63,769 nt of DNA from a bacterium (GTDB lineage: Bacteria; Patescibacteriota; Dojkabacteria; B142; OLB20). The first letter of the stretch is position 1; the number at the start of each line of letters is the position of its first letter. Shown piece after piece: positions 1 to 10,025 of this stretch. The position numbers were made by a program, and so were the translations under genes. The notes under the pieces were generated by a model, which saw only the letters and a list, made by a program, of their open reading frames with translations, made no database searches and had not been told where the DNA came from. The stretch is taken from positions 1 to 63,769 of the forward strand of contig JBAXHO010000002.1 of assembly GCA_037138855.1 (NCBI GenBank). The letters run 5' to 3'.

Positions 1-84
1 TACAGCTCGATTTATTTCGGGATTAAAGTGAAACTTTTAGCGGACAGCAGTGATTCTTTTTACAAAAATAATTAAAAAAATGAA

Positions 85-1107
85 ATGTTCGCGGAGCTTG
101 CAAGAGCACAAATTGAAGGAGATTATCGAAGACAAGCTCTTCTTACTACCCCAGATGGTCGTCAATATTCTGCCCATACTTTAACTCCCAATCGATTTGC
201 AAATGCACAAGAATTTGATGATTTTATGCAATTATTAGCGACAGCCTATGGACAAAGAGATCCAAATCGAGTAAAACAATGGGCAACGAACCAAGGTCAA
301 GCAGTAAATCTTTTAACCTTACTTTATGATGATAACCAAAAATTAGTGTCGGTTGGAGCAGCTTGGTTACCAGTGCATGATCCACTAGTTCAATCTGAAA
401 TACAAGAGACACATAATGTCGTTTGTTTACATTCTGCTGCTACAGCACTAGACATGAGAGGAAAAGGATTAGCTGAAATGGTACTTTGCGAACTTCTGGA
501 TACCCTATCTGACCCAGATTTTTTTAAACAATTCAAAGACGATGTGAATTTAAATTCGCTTTATAAACGTTATATTCAAGGAGCGTCAGCCTTAGCTTGG
601 GCTGATATAGCCAATTTTGGTCACCTTACCAATATTTTGACCTCAAATAATTTAAAGATAATTTCCCCTGAAACCGTTTTACTTCACCCCCAAAATACCA
701 ATTGTATAAATTTAGAAGAATCTAGAATAAGAGTTGAAACCGCAGCAGAGCTTGCTACCTTTGCAGAACAACCATTTTGGGAAAAATGGCGACATGAATT
801 TCATTTTCCGAATTCCGATGCAACTCAATTAGCAACATTATTTTCCGATATTGCAGCAATTAATGATCCTGAAGAAATTCTGCGGAGACTGAAAGAAGAT
901 TATAAAATTATTCGGCCGGATTCACAACACACTCAACTACCGACAGATATTGCTTCAGTAAGTGAATTTATCGAAGGAATGAAAGCTAAACAAGCTGAAG
1001 CACTATCTCAATTGCAACAACTGCAAGCAACTGCCACTGAACCAACCGTTTTAGTTATTCCAGCAAAGCCAATATGTACGGTGGTGATGGAGAAAGCGAT
1101 AGTTTGA
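85..1107 (+). CDS. hypothetical protein; possible GNAT-type acetyltransferase core
   Basis: 340-aa ORF ending in TGA. HSAATALDMRGKGLAEMVLCEL resembles the R-x-x-G-x-A acetyl-CoA loop of GNAT enzymes. Nothing else recognised. Confidence 0.3.
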   Translation: MFAELARAQIEGDYRRQALLTTPDGRQYSAHTLTPNRFANAQEFDDFMQLLATAYGQRDPNRVKQWATNQGQAVNLLTLLYDDNQKLVSVGAAWLPVHDPLVQSEIQETHNVVCLHSAATALDMRGKGLAEMVLCELLDTLSDPDFFKQFKDDVNLNSLYKRYIQGASALAWADIANFGHLTNILTSNNLKIISPETVLLHPQNTNCINLEESRIRVETAAELATFAEQPFWEKWRHEFHFPNSDATQLATLFSDIAAINDPEEILRRLKEDYKIIRPDSQHTQLPTDIASVSEFIEGMKAKQAEALSQLQQLQATATEPTVLVIPAKPICTVVMEKAIV

Positions 1108-1196
1108 GCAAAAGCAATAGAGAGTAATACCTTTATTTGCACCTAACTACTCGCACTATTGCTACTTGCTATTGCTGAAATTCTTCTACAAATCCA

Positions 1197-2570
1197 TCAA
1201 TTAGGATAGAACTTATTATCAATTTTTTTAATTTCACAATTTCCGGATTCTTGATCAGCAAAGTCAGTGGCGACGAGCTTAGCTGAATTGAAGGTGGTGG
1301 TCGCTGTGAGGCCTTTGTTGATGACCAATTTGAAATATGAGTCATTATAATCAATTTGTTTTGAGGCAAAATCACTCTCTGGCACCTGTTTGCCGTCCAG
1401 GTAAACAAGAATATCATTTAAATTTTTAAGCTCACCTTTGAACGTACCAGTGATCGTTAAGGTATAAAGACGCTGAGTGGGATGAAAATTATCCTTTTTA
1501 TCAATTAAACGGAAGTCATAAATTTCAAAACTAGCAGAATTACCGACAAAGTACTTGGCATCATCTGTTTTAGCTTTGAAAATTGCATTTATTTGAATTA
1601 GCTTCAAGTATTTACGACGTGGATCATCTAAACTAGCAAAATCCTTGACAATATTTTGATATTTATCTGCCTTATCAAAAGGTTGCTGTAATATTTCATC
1701 AGTAAGATCGGCTGCTGTCAACAAGGGAACCCGTTTCGTCAAATCATTCGCCTGGATATCGAAAGCATTTTCATATTTGCTTTGACCAATCTTAGCGATA
1801 AAGTCTGCCCCAGTGATATCTGGTAAAACTACACTTGTAATAAACTTTTCCAGATCAACAGACTTTTTTGCTGGGAAATATTGATACGAAATCACAACAA
1901 ATCCTTTGTCACTTTTCTGGTAATAATCTACATATTTATTTACTGTGTAGTCAGCAATTTTGTCATCATATTCTTTTACGGTATATGTATTGCCATTAAT
2001 TGTTTTTTCAGAGGAATTAGTTAACTCTGCTTTCCAATTACGCATCGCAAATTCATCTCCTGCCACTGCTTGCTTTTGCAAATATAATATCAAATCATCC
2101 AAACTCATCGCCCGAAATTCATCATTCCAAAAATAACTGAATTTAACCCGATTATTCATCCCTCTGGATGAGATAGAGTTATCTGTAGCATTGTAAGTCA
2201 GTGTCCCGTCCTGCACGGAAATCTGATTGACATAAGGAGCAGCGACACTGAAATTCTGAGGGTAATCAAAGGAAAAGCCAAAGTTTGAACTCACATAAGT
2301 ACTAGTATTTGCATCCTTCTGCAACTTATATCCATAAGGATAACGATAAAAAATTTCATAAAAGCGATCATAATCTTCAGTTTTTATCGCATCCTCATTT
2401 GATTTAGTAGAATCAATTTGCTTCTTCTCAATTTTATTCCTTAAAATCAGCATTGAAATTATCCCGCTGCAGAGACAAATTAACAAAATAACTGTAATTA
2501 TACCGATTATAATAATCCATTTTTTCTTTGTCATATTTTGAAGTTTAGAGATAAAAAGAGTCTGATTCAA
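1197..2570 (-). CDS. membrane-anchored hypothetical protein
   Basis: 457-aa ORF with one N-terminal TM helix (WIIIIGIITVILLICLCSGIISMLIL). The track start is TTG; ATG at 2534 (MTKKKW) is the more likely start. No family recognised. Confidence 0.5.
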   Translation of the reverse strand: MNQTLFISKLQNMTKKKWIIIIGIITVILLICLCSGIISMLILRNKIEKKQIDSTKSNEDAIKTEDYDRFYEIFYRYPYGYKLQKDANTSTYVSSNFGFSFDYPQNFSVAAPYVNQISVQDGTLTYNATDNSISSRGMNNRVKFSYFWNDEFRAMSLDDLILYLQKQAVAGDEFAMRNWKAELTNSSEKTINGNTYTVKEYDDKIADYTVNKYVDYYQKSDKGFVVISYQYFPAKKSVDLEKFITSVVLPDITGADFIAKIGQSKYENAFDIQANDLTKRVPLLTAADLTDEILQQPFDKADKYQNIVKDFASLDDPRRKYLKLIQINAIFKAKTDDAKYFVGNSASFEIYDFRLIDKKDNFHPTQRLYTLTITGTFKGELKNLNDILVYLDGKQVPESDFASKQIDYNDSYFKLVINKGLTATTTFNSAKLVATDFADQESGNCEIKKIDNKFYPN

Positions 2571-2770
2571 ATGTTAACATATTGTAGCAAATCCAGATTG
2601 ATAAAATTTTAAATAAGCTGATTGGAAAGGAATAAATTTTAAGAAATACAAATCTGCATTATTACTAATGGCCAATACTGAACTATCTTGCAACTGAATT
2701 CATTTGTTTTGCTATTTCCAGATTTTTTAGTATAAAATTAATATATTATATTTTTTTAAATTTTTAAAAA

Positions 2771-3379
2771 ATGAAAAAATTAAGTATTACACTTTTTGTT
2801 TTTTGTTTCACCATATTTTTTCTTTCTGGCTGTGGTTTAAAATCAACCAATACTTCCAAAACTAACGCTAATACCTCTGGAGAAGCAGTTGAGACTGCAA
2901 AAACATTAATGAGTATTACTGATGACCAGAATCTGTTTCCAATAAAAGATTTCTACATTCAAGTTGCAGATAACTGGAAATTTTCCAAAGATTTACAAAA
3001 ACCAGCAACTTTTAAAATTCAAAATAGTAAGAATCAGTTTACTATCTTAATCTCAATCATTCCATATGAAGCAACTGATGAAGGTTTAAAAAGTTCGATA
3101 AACAAAAGTAAAGAAAGCTTATTATCCGATGCTGTAGAAAAGGATTTAACTATAAATTCATTTTCAGGAAGTAAAATCACCGGATATTATACTAGCCAAT
3201 CTACTGACAAAAATTATGTCGGGAAAAAGCTACCGGAAGGTCAATGGTTAAACGCAATGCAGGGATGTTTTACAACCAGTAGTTATTCCGGTACTTTTAC
3301 ATTTTTATATAACACATCTGACACTACTCAGATTAATGAAGCGCTTAAAATGATTGAAAGTATTGGAATTATAAACTAA
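2771..3379 (+). CDS. putative lipoprotein
   Basis: Signal peptide ending in the lipobox LSGC (MKKLSITLFVFCFTIFFLSGC). No catalytic motif. Confidence 0.6.
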   Translation: MKKLSITLFVFCFTIFFLSGCGLKSTNTSKTNANTSGEAVETAKTLMSITDDQNLFPIKDFYIQVADNWKFSKDLQKPATFKIQNSKNQFTILISIIPYEATDEGLKSSINKSKESLLSDAVEKDLTINSFSGSKITGYYTSQSTDKNYVGKKLPEGQWLNAMQGCFTTSSYSGTFTFLYNTSDTTQINEALKMIESIGIIN

Positions 3380-3512
3380 ATTTTAATAATTGGGTTTATT
3401 AAATAAAATCTTGGTGTAATACACATTAAATTCGAACCATTATTTCAAAATTGATAAATTTTATTGGAGCACAATTTAGTGTTATGATAAATATCTAAAT
3501 CAATTTGAAATT

Positions 3513-4811
3513 ATGAATCAAATTTCTCTTTTTGAGAAGAAAATAAAAAAAACAAAAAAAATACCTCCATTTACATTTGTAGACTTGTTTTCGGGCATAG
3601 GTGGATTTCGAATCGCTTTAAATTCACTTGGAGGAAAAGCCATAGGCTTTTCTGAAGTATTTCAACCTGCCATTGATACCTATAAGATGAATTTTCATAC
3701 TGAAAAAGAAATTGAGCTAGGCGATATTACTAGTTTAACGTCTATCCCATACGGTGACATTTATACTGGTGGAGTACCTTGCCAATCCTGGTCAGTTGCA
3801 GGTAAAAAGAAAGGGTTTGATGATCCGAGAGGGAAACTATGGTTTGATACAATACGGCTCACAGCAATTGGCAAACCAAAAGTTTTTATCTATGAAAATG
3901 TAAAAGGTCTAGCTGACCCTCGAAATAGAGAGAGCTTAAACTTAATAATTCAGGAACTTAGCAAGATCGGTTATGATGTCAATTGGAAAGTTCTAAATGC
4001 ATTTGATTTTGGCCTTCCTCAAAACAGAGAAAGAATTTTCATTGTTGGTTTTAGAAAAGACTTAAACGTGAATAGTTTCGAATTCCCAAAGAAATATCCT
4101 ACTCTACCAAATCTGTCTTCAGCACTAGATGGAAATATAGTTAAAATGGTCGAGAAACTAAATCCAGTAGATGACATGAATAGCTTTAACCTTTCGTATA
4201 TTCATAACGCCGGAAAATTCTATACATTCTGTGACACTAGAAACGGCTCAAGCACAATTCATTCTTGGGATTTGACTGATACTACTTCTGAAGAAAAGGA
4301 AATATGTATGGCAATCCTCAAGAATAGAAGAAAGTCAAAATATGGGGAAAGAGATGGTAATCCATTATCTATTAATGATTTAAAGGACATTATAGGAAAT
4401 ATATACCAATCAGAGCTTGATAGTTTAGTTACTAAAAGAATTTTAAGACAAATTGAAGATAAATATGATTTTGTAAATTCTAAGAACTCTGCAGGAATAA
4501 ATGATATATATCGAGTTTTTTTTCCAAATTCACATGTATTTTCAACACTAACAAGAACAGGATCTAAAGACTATATTGCTACTATTCCGATACCTGAAAA
4601 TATTAAAAATAAAAAAATATTTTTTATAAATCAAATATATAAGAAAAAAAAATTCCGTCCAATTACTGTAAAAGAAGCACTTAGAATTCAGGGATTTCCT
4701 CAAACTTACAAGTTTTCTGTACCAGATAGAACTGTCATGCAATTATTAGGAAATGCAGTTGCTGTAAATATTGTAAAAGAAGTAACCAAATCAATTTTTA
4801 ATCATTTATAA
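3513..4811 (+). CDS. DNA (cytosine-5)-methyltransferase, type II
   Basis: All canonical m5C MTase motifs are present: FSGIGGF (I), GGVPCQSWS (IV), ENVKGL (VI), QNRERIFIVGF (VIII), GNAVAVNIV (X). Confidence 0.92.
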   Translation: MNQISLFEKKIKKTKKIPPFTFVDLFSGIGGFRIALNSLGGKAIGFSEVFQPAIDTYKMNFHTEKEIELGDITSLTSIPYGDIYTGGVPCQSWSVAGKKKGFDDPRGKLWFDTIRLTAIGKPKVFIYENVKGLADPRNRESLNLIIQELSKIGYDVNWKVLNAFDFGLPQNRERIFIVGFRKDLNVNSFEFPKKYPTLPNLSSALDGNIVKMVEKLNPVDDMNSFNLSYIHNAGKFYTFCDTRNGSSTIHSWDLTDTTSEEKEICMAILKNRRKSKYGERDGNPLSINDLKDIIGNIYQSELDSLVTKRILRQIEDKYDFVNSKNSAGINDIYRVFFPNSHVFSTLTRTGSKDYIATIPIPENIKNKKIFFINQIYKKKKFRPITVKEALRIQGFPQTYKFSVPDRTVMQLLGNAVAVNIVKEVTKSIFNHL

Positions 4812-4865
4812 ATTATATATTCAAAAAAAACAGAGCTAGTAGTTCAAAATATATTAAAAGATGCT

Positions 4866-5585
4866 TTGGCTTCCAAACTCCAGAGATACAAACCAGAATC
4901 AAACAACATGCCTTTTCATTGGGCTTTATTAGGAAAAGATAGAATGGCTTTGTTCTCTTTTATTCAATCGATCAATACAACCCTTGGAATGAGCATTTTC
5001 GAAAATATAATTTTTGAAATTGGTCAAGAAAATTTCAAAATCGTGAAAAGACAACACGTCATTGGGACTCAAATTTCTGAGTCTTCAATGCAGATAATTG
5101 ATAAAATTATGACAAATCTGGAAACAACAGAACAATCTCCAAATGCAGAAAATGAATATGAATTGCTTAAAAATAGCATCTCTACTACAAATATTAAACG
5201 GCGATTAACTAAGGTTGATATTTATTTAGAATCTACTGATGGTAACGTCTATTTAATTGATGTAAAGACAGCAAAAGGTAATTCCGGAGAATTTAAAGGA
5301 TTAAAAAGAAATCTCCTTGAGTGGAAAGCTACTGCTTTATTAGCGGATAATACCAAAACATATCATTCGCTCCTTGGAATACCATATAATCCTTACGAGC
5401 CACAACCTTACCAAAGATGGACACTGAAAGGAATAATAGATGTAAAAGATGAACTGAAAGTTGCAAAGGACTTGTGGGATTTTGTTGGTGGCGAAGGAGC
5501 TTATGAGCAAACACTAAAAATCTTTGAAGAAGTTGGTCTTAAAATGAAAAAAGTAATTGATGCCTATTTTGAAAACTTTCACTGA
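4866..5585 (+). CDS. putative type II restriction endonuclease (PD-(D/E)xK, TdeIII-like by recollection)
   Basis: Lies 55 nt downstream of the MTase on the same strand, with a TTG start. VDIYLES...YLIDVKTAK fits a D...(D/E)xK nuclease core. The family assignment is from memory and unverified. Confidence 0.5.
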   Translation: MASKLQRYKPESNNMPFHWALLGKDRMALFSFIQSINTTLGMSIFENIIFEIGQENFKIVKRQHVIGTQISESSMQIIDKIMTNLETTEQSPNAENEYELLKNSISTTNIKRRLTKVDIYLESTDGNVYLIDVKTAKGNSGEFKGLKRNLLEWKATALLADNTKTYHSLLGIPYNPYEPQPYQRWTLKGIIDVKDELKVAKDLWDFVGGEGAYEQTLKIFEEVGLKMKKVIDAYFENFH

Positions 5586-5646
5586 ATTTCTTTTGAAACA
5601 TAGCTATTTACAAGCCTTCCTTGCACTATATGCTATTCACTATTTG

Positions 5647-6300
5647 CTAAAATTCTCTAATAATTTTTTGTAGCTTTGAATAAACTAAATCAGAAATTAG
5701 TTGATGGCCTTGTTGATTCGGATGCAAGCCATCTCGAAAAAGGTATTTAGCCTTCCATTCCTCTTCGCTTACTGAAATTTCAACAAAAGTGATTCCTCTT
5801 TGTTCTGCCAATTCCCGTAATTTTGCTTCGAACTTTTTTTTGCGAGAGTTCTGGAAATATGAGTTGCCTCCAATATCTGGGTTAAAAATTGGGTTTGTCT
5901 TAGACTCATCGAAATATCCACTCCCCACAACAATAACATGTGTACTTAATTTTTTAAGCTGATCCAGTAATTCAATCATTTCTGTCTCGTATTTTTCAAG
6001 CGTCGAAACAAAGTTATCTGGACGACCAATAGCTTTGGAATTATTACCACCAACAGAAACAATAGTAATTAAATCACCACCCCGATAATACTGATGTAAC
6101 TGCTTCGGGTACTCATTTTTTACGAAATCAATTGTTGCTCCTGATTTTCCCAAATTATATATTTCGAACTTTTCACCCAAACCATTCTCCGAATACATTT
6201 TCTTATGCAATTTCTGTTTAAGCAAGTCAGCCCAACCTGCCTGCTCTGCTCCTACTCCGTAAACATTGCTAGAACCGACGATAAAAATTTGAGTAATCAT
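5647..6300 (-). CDS. SGNH/GDSL-family hydrolase
   Basis: Block I IFIVGSSNVYG, block III VGGNN, block V DGLHPN. Confidence 0.8.
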   Translation of the reverse strand: MITQIFIVGSSNVYGVGAEQAGWADLLKQKLHKKMYSENGLGEKFEIYNLGKSGATIDFVKNEYPKQLHQYYRGGDLITIVSVGGNNSKAIGRPDNFVSTLEKYETEMIELLDQLKKLSTHVIVVGSGYFDESKTNPIFNPDIGGNSYFQNSRKKKFEAKLRELAEQRGITFVEISVSEEEWKAKYLFRDGLHPNQQGHQLISDLVYSKLQKIIREF

Positions 6301-6379
6301 TTCAGATATTAACTAAAGATTAATTCTAGCAAACGGGAATTAGTTAGGCAAAGAAAACAAAAAACAGTTACGGATTTTC

Positions 6380-6454
6380 TGGTGAGTCAGGCGGGATTTG
6401 AACCCGCAACCAATGGATTAAGAGTCCACTGCTCTACCATTGAGCTACTGACTC
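6380..6454 (-). tRNA. tRNA-Lys (CTT), CCA encoded
   Basis: Reverse complement folds as a cloverleaf: GAGTCAG acceptor, TAGCTCAATGGTAGAGC D-arm, anticodon loop CTCTTAA, GGGTTCAAATCCC T-arm, ACCA tail. Confidence 0.9.
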
Positions 6455-6567
6455 ATAGAAAATTTTAATTTTTAAACTAAATCTATATATGAAAAATCAA
6501 ATTTTCTTGAGTCCTGTACCTTTATGGTACTAAGGCTCTTTTGATTTTTAAAATAAATTGAAAGAAC

Positions 6568-6641
6568 TGCGCCCTAAGGGATTCGAACCCCCAACCCTCG
6601 GTTCCGAAGACCGATGCTCTATCCAGTTGAGCTAAAGGCGC
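6568..6641 (-). tRNA. tRNA-Arg (TCG), no encoded CCA
   Basis: Reverse complement GCGCCTTTAGCTCAACTGGATAGAGC..TCGGT CTTCGGA ACCGA..GGTTCGAATCC..AGGGCGCA. The T-stem needs two G-U pairs. Confidence 0.85.
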
Positions 6642-6746
6642 AATTTCACTAAATCCTTGCGATGATAATTCTATCATATATTTAAATTAAAACGTAGTAC
6701 GGATCTGTGGTGTATTGCAGTAAGAGCGAATGGTGTATGGACGCCC

Positions 6747-7511
6747 CTACCCCTTATCGCCCAAATACACCGGAGGCGCCAATACGGCGACATTCCAGAA
6801 GGCGTAAATGGTGGCGAAAAACTCTCGGAAATTCAGATAATTAATATCCTGATACACATTACGATCAGCACTGTAACCAATTACTTTGATACCAAAGGAC
6901 GAACAAAAATATAAGGCACGCGGTAAATGAAATGACTGAGTAATCAGAATCGCTTCATCGATATTGTAGATTGCTCTAGCACGGTAGCAGCTGTCATAAG
7001 TACGCACACCATACATATCAGAAATCAAATCGAATTCACGGACACCTAAACTTTTTGCATAATCAACCATAATTTTTGGCTCATCATGTGTCGGAGTTTG
7101 GTTATCACCAGTCATTAATATTTTTTTTACTTTACCAGCATTGTATAAATCCACTGCAGCAGCGACACGATCTTTCAAAATATCACTCGGCATTGTCCCA
7201 GATTCAGCTAAACCTGCTCCAAAAACAATTGCAACCTTCTCAGTTGGCACGTCCTTGAGATTATAATAAATTTGCGGTTGATATTCATGTTTAATTGTAA
7301 GAAATACAGTCAACGGGGCAATAATAATTGCAATTAATACCAAAGTTACAAATTTGGATATTGCCTTCCAGCTGATTATCGAGCGTAGACTGATTTTCCA
7401 GCTCACTATTCTCTTTAGTTGTCTTCTTCTGCTAAGATATTCCATAAGTTCAAGAATTCTTGATAAAATGACTCTAAATTTAATCTTAAAGTAAGCATAA
7501 AAAATTTGCAA
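6747..7511 (-). CDS. SanA/YdcF (DUF218) family membrane protein
   Basis: N-terminal TM helix, then VAIVFGAGL...KKILMTGDN...YDSCYRA...ILITQSFHLPRALY, typical of DUF218/SanA. The true start may be the internal MEYLS (about 7445). Confidence 0.75.
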   Translation of the reverse strand: MQIFYAYFKIKFRVILSRILELMEYLSRRRQLKRIVSWKISLRSIISWKAISKFVTLVLIAIIIAPLTVFLTIKHEYQPQIYYNLKDVPTEKVAIVFGAGLAESGTMPSDILKDRVAAAVDLYNAGKVKKILMTGDNQTPTHDEPKIMVDYAKSLGVREFDLISDMYGVRTYDSCYRARAIYNIDEAILITQSFHLPRALYFCSSFGIKVIGYSADRNVYQDINYLNFREFFATIYAFWNVAVLAPPVYLGDKG

Positions 7512-7513
7512 AA

Positions 7514-7957
7514 ATGAAAAGAGACAATCACTGGCTCACTGAAATAATGTTTGAATTATGGGAAAACCATTTTGTCGACATCCCGCGCAAAAATCATGTG
7601 GTCATTAAATTTGGTAAACGAGCGAAACGACAATTAGGCTGTATCAAATGGGCTGAAGACCCGGTAAAAAGAAAAGTGGCCACCCACGTGGCAGATGATC
7701 AGCGCATTTCCCAGATTAATATTACCCGTTATTTTGAAGATGATAATATCCCAGAAGAAGTGGTAATTGCCACCATCGCCCATGAGATGTGCCACTATGC
7801 CCATGGCTTTAATTCGCCTCTCCAACAGCAATTTAATCATCCCCATAAAGGCGGAATCATCAGAAAAGAGTTGATAAAACGCGGTCTTGGCGAATATTAC
7901 CGGATTAGTAGAAAATGGTTAAAATTAAATTGGCTTAATTATTTAAAAACTCATTAG
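7514..7957 (+). CDS. SprT-like zinc metallopeptidase-fold protein
   Basis: HExxH motif in IAHEMCHYAHG. Small (147 aa) and divergent from the DUF218 gene. Confidence 0.55.
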   Translation: MKRDNHWLTEIMFELWENHFVDIPRKNHVVIKFGKRAKRQLGCIKWAEDPVKRKVATHVADDQRISQINITRYFEDDNIPEEVVIATIAHEMCHYAHGFNSPLQQQFNHPHKGGIIRKELIKRGLGEYYRISRKWLKLNWLNYLKTH

Positions 7958-8586
7958 TTAGTACCAGATTCAATAATCACATCATACCCAAATTCTGAAA
8001 CCAGTAATTTTAACACTTCATTACTGGATTTTTGCGCTTCCTGAAAAATTTGCGGATCTTTTTCAATTGCCACAGCAGCCTGATTAGTCAGTTCTTTAGC
8101 AGCTTGATTGCGGTCAGCACTAGGATCATTAGCCAGTAAAAGTTTCAAAATGCCACTTTTCGAAGTTACTTGAATATCACCAGTGGGATTGATATCTAAA
8201 ATCTTTGCATCAGGAACAATAATTTTTACAGTTTTATTGAGGTGATCAATTTTGATATTTTCCGCTTTGATTTGCGCATAATCTACCCCGACATCTGCTC
8301 TGATTAATGCTTCAGCATTAATTGTCTGCCCCCACCAAAAATTATTCCAATCTGATCCCTGATCGACTTTGATATCAGTTTTTTGGTTAAGGTAAACTGT
8401 TTTAGTAACCAAAAAGGCCTGATCGGAAATTTTGTTGACAATTGTTTGTGCTGTGACCTTTTCAGTTGTAGAAGCGACACGACTCTTCTGATAAAACATC
8501 CCTGAGAAAAAACTAGCAAGGGTAATTACCACCAGCAAAATAATGGCAAAGAGAAAAAGATAAAGCTTGAGTTGCAGTTTGGCCAT
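7954..8586 (-). CDS. membrane-anchored DUF4230-like protein
   Basis: N-terminal TM helix. ADVGVDYAQIKAENIKIDHLNKTVKIIVPDAKILDIN resembles the DUF4230 core as I recall it. Confidence 0.5.
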   Translation of the reverse strand: MAKLQLKLYLFLFAIILLVVITLASFFSGMFYQKSRVASTTEKVTAQTIVNKISDQAFLVTKTVYLNQKTDIKVDQGSDWNNFWWGQTINAEALIRADVGVDYAQIKAENIKIDHLNKTVKIIVPDAKILDINPTGDIQVTSKSGILKLLLANDPSADRNQAAKELTNQAAVAIEKDPQIFQEAQKSSNEVLKLLVSEFGYDVIIESGTN

Positions 8587-8670
8587 GGGAAGAAAGAATA
8601 AATTAAAAGATTAACAAAATAACAACTTAAAAAGCTTTTAGTAAAATCAAGTAGCAAAATTATAAATTAA

Positions 8671-10008
8671 TTACACTATTCCCTGTTCCAGCATTGCTGC
8701 TGCAACTTTTTTAAAACCACCAATATTGGCTCCTTTTACATAGTTAATATATGCCTCTTCCTTACCATTCTCAAGACAAATCTGATGAATATTTTTCATA
8801 ATACTTTGTAATTTGGCATCCACATCTGCCCTATTCCAACTAAGACGCTGTGAATTCTGGCTCATTTCTAAACCTGATACTGCCACTCCTCCAGCATTCG
8901 ATGCTTTTCCCGGAGAAAAAAGAATCTTTGCCTCATGAAATAGTTTAATCGCTTCAAGTGTAGAAGGCATATTGGCTCCTTCTGCCACAATTGAAATCCC
9001 ACTTTTAATTAAATCGGCGGCATCCTTTGCATCAATTTCATTCTGCGTTGCACATGGCAAAGCTATATCCGCCTTTTGTTTCCAGGGTTTTTGTCCTTCA
9101 AAATACTGAGCTTGCGGATACTTTTTCAAGTATTCTTTAATCCGACCACGCAAGCGATTTTTTATATCAAAGATATACGCCAACTTTTCTGAATTAATAC
9201 CGGATTGATCAAAAATATACCCACTGGAATCAGACATAGTTACTACTTTGGCTCCCAAGGAAATTGCTTTTTCTACGGCATATTGTGCTACATTTCCCGC
9301 ACCTGAGACTAATATTGTTTTGCCTTTGATTGAATCTCCTTTAGTATGAAGTATTGCTTCTGTAAAATAAACTAAGCCATAACCTGTAGCTTCAGGGCGA
9401 ATCAAACTACCGCCAAAACTAATACCTTTACCAGTAAATGTACCGGTAAACTCATTTACTAACTTTTTATACATGCCAAACATATATGCTACTTCCCGAC
9501 CGCCTACGCCGATATCGCCGGCAGGAATATCACAATCTGATCCAATATGACGATATAATTCAGTCATAAAAGCCTGGCAAAATCGCATAACTTCTCCATC
9601 TGATTTGCCATGAGGATCAAAATCACTACCCCCTTTACCACCTCCCATTGACAAACCGGTAAGACTATTCTTGAATGTTTGCTCAAATCCCAAAAATTTC
9701 AAAATACTTAAATTGACACTGGGATGAAACCGTAAACCACCTTTATATGGCCCGATCGCTGAATTAAACTGAACCCGAAAGCCACGATTTACTTGAATTT
9801 CACCCTGATCATCCACCCAAGTAACTCGAAAAGTAATCATCCGCTCTGGTTCAAGCATCCGTTCCAGAATTTTATTTTTCTCATAGCGCTGATCGCTGTT
9901 TACAAAATCAATTACTGAGTCCAGAAATTCCTCTACTGCCTGCAGAAATTCTGCCTGTTGCGGATCACGCTTTAAAATCTCTTGAAGAAGTGTTTCTTTT
10001 TTGTACAT
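8671..10008 (-). CDS. gdhA: NAD(P)-specific glutamate dehydrogenase
   Basis: Signature GGGKGGSDFDPHGKSDGEVMRFCQAFMTEL, GAGNVA dinucleotide fold, 445 aa. Confidence 0.95.
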   Translation of the reverse strand: MYKKETLLQEILKRDPQQAEFLQAVEEFLDSVIDFVNSDQRYEKNKILERMLEPERMITFRVTWVDDQGEIQVNRGFRVQFNSAIGPYKGGLRFHPSVNLSILKFLGFEQTFKNSLTGLSMGGGKGGSDFDPHGKSDGEVMRFCQAFMTELYRHIGSDCDIPAGDIGVGGREVAYMFGMYKKLVNEFTGTFTGKGISFGGSLIRPEATGYGLVYFTEAILHTKGDSIKGKTILVSGAGNVAQYAVEKAISLGAKVVTMSDSSGYIFDQSGINSEKLAYIFDIKNRLRGRIKEYLKKYPQAQYFEGQKPWKQKADIALPCATQNEIDAKDAADLIKSGISIVAEGANMPSTLEAIKLFHEAKILFSPGKASNAGGVAVSGLEMSQNSQRLSWNRADVDAKLQSIMKNIHQICLENGKEEAYINYVKGANIGGFKKVAAAMLEQGIV

Positions 10009-10025
10009 TTTATTAATAATAAAAA

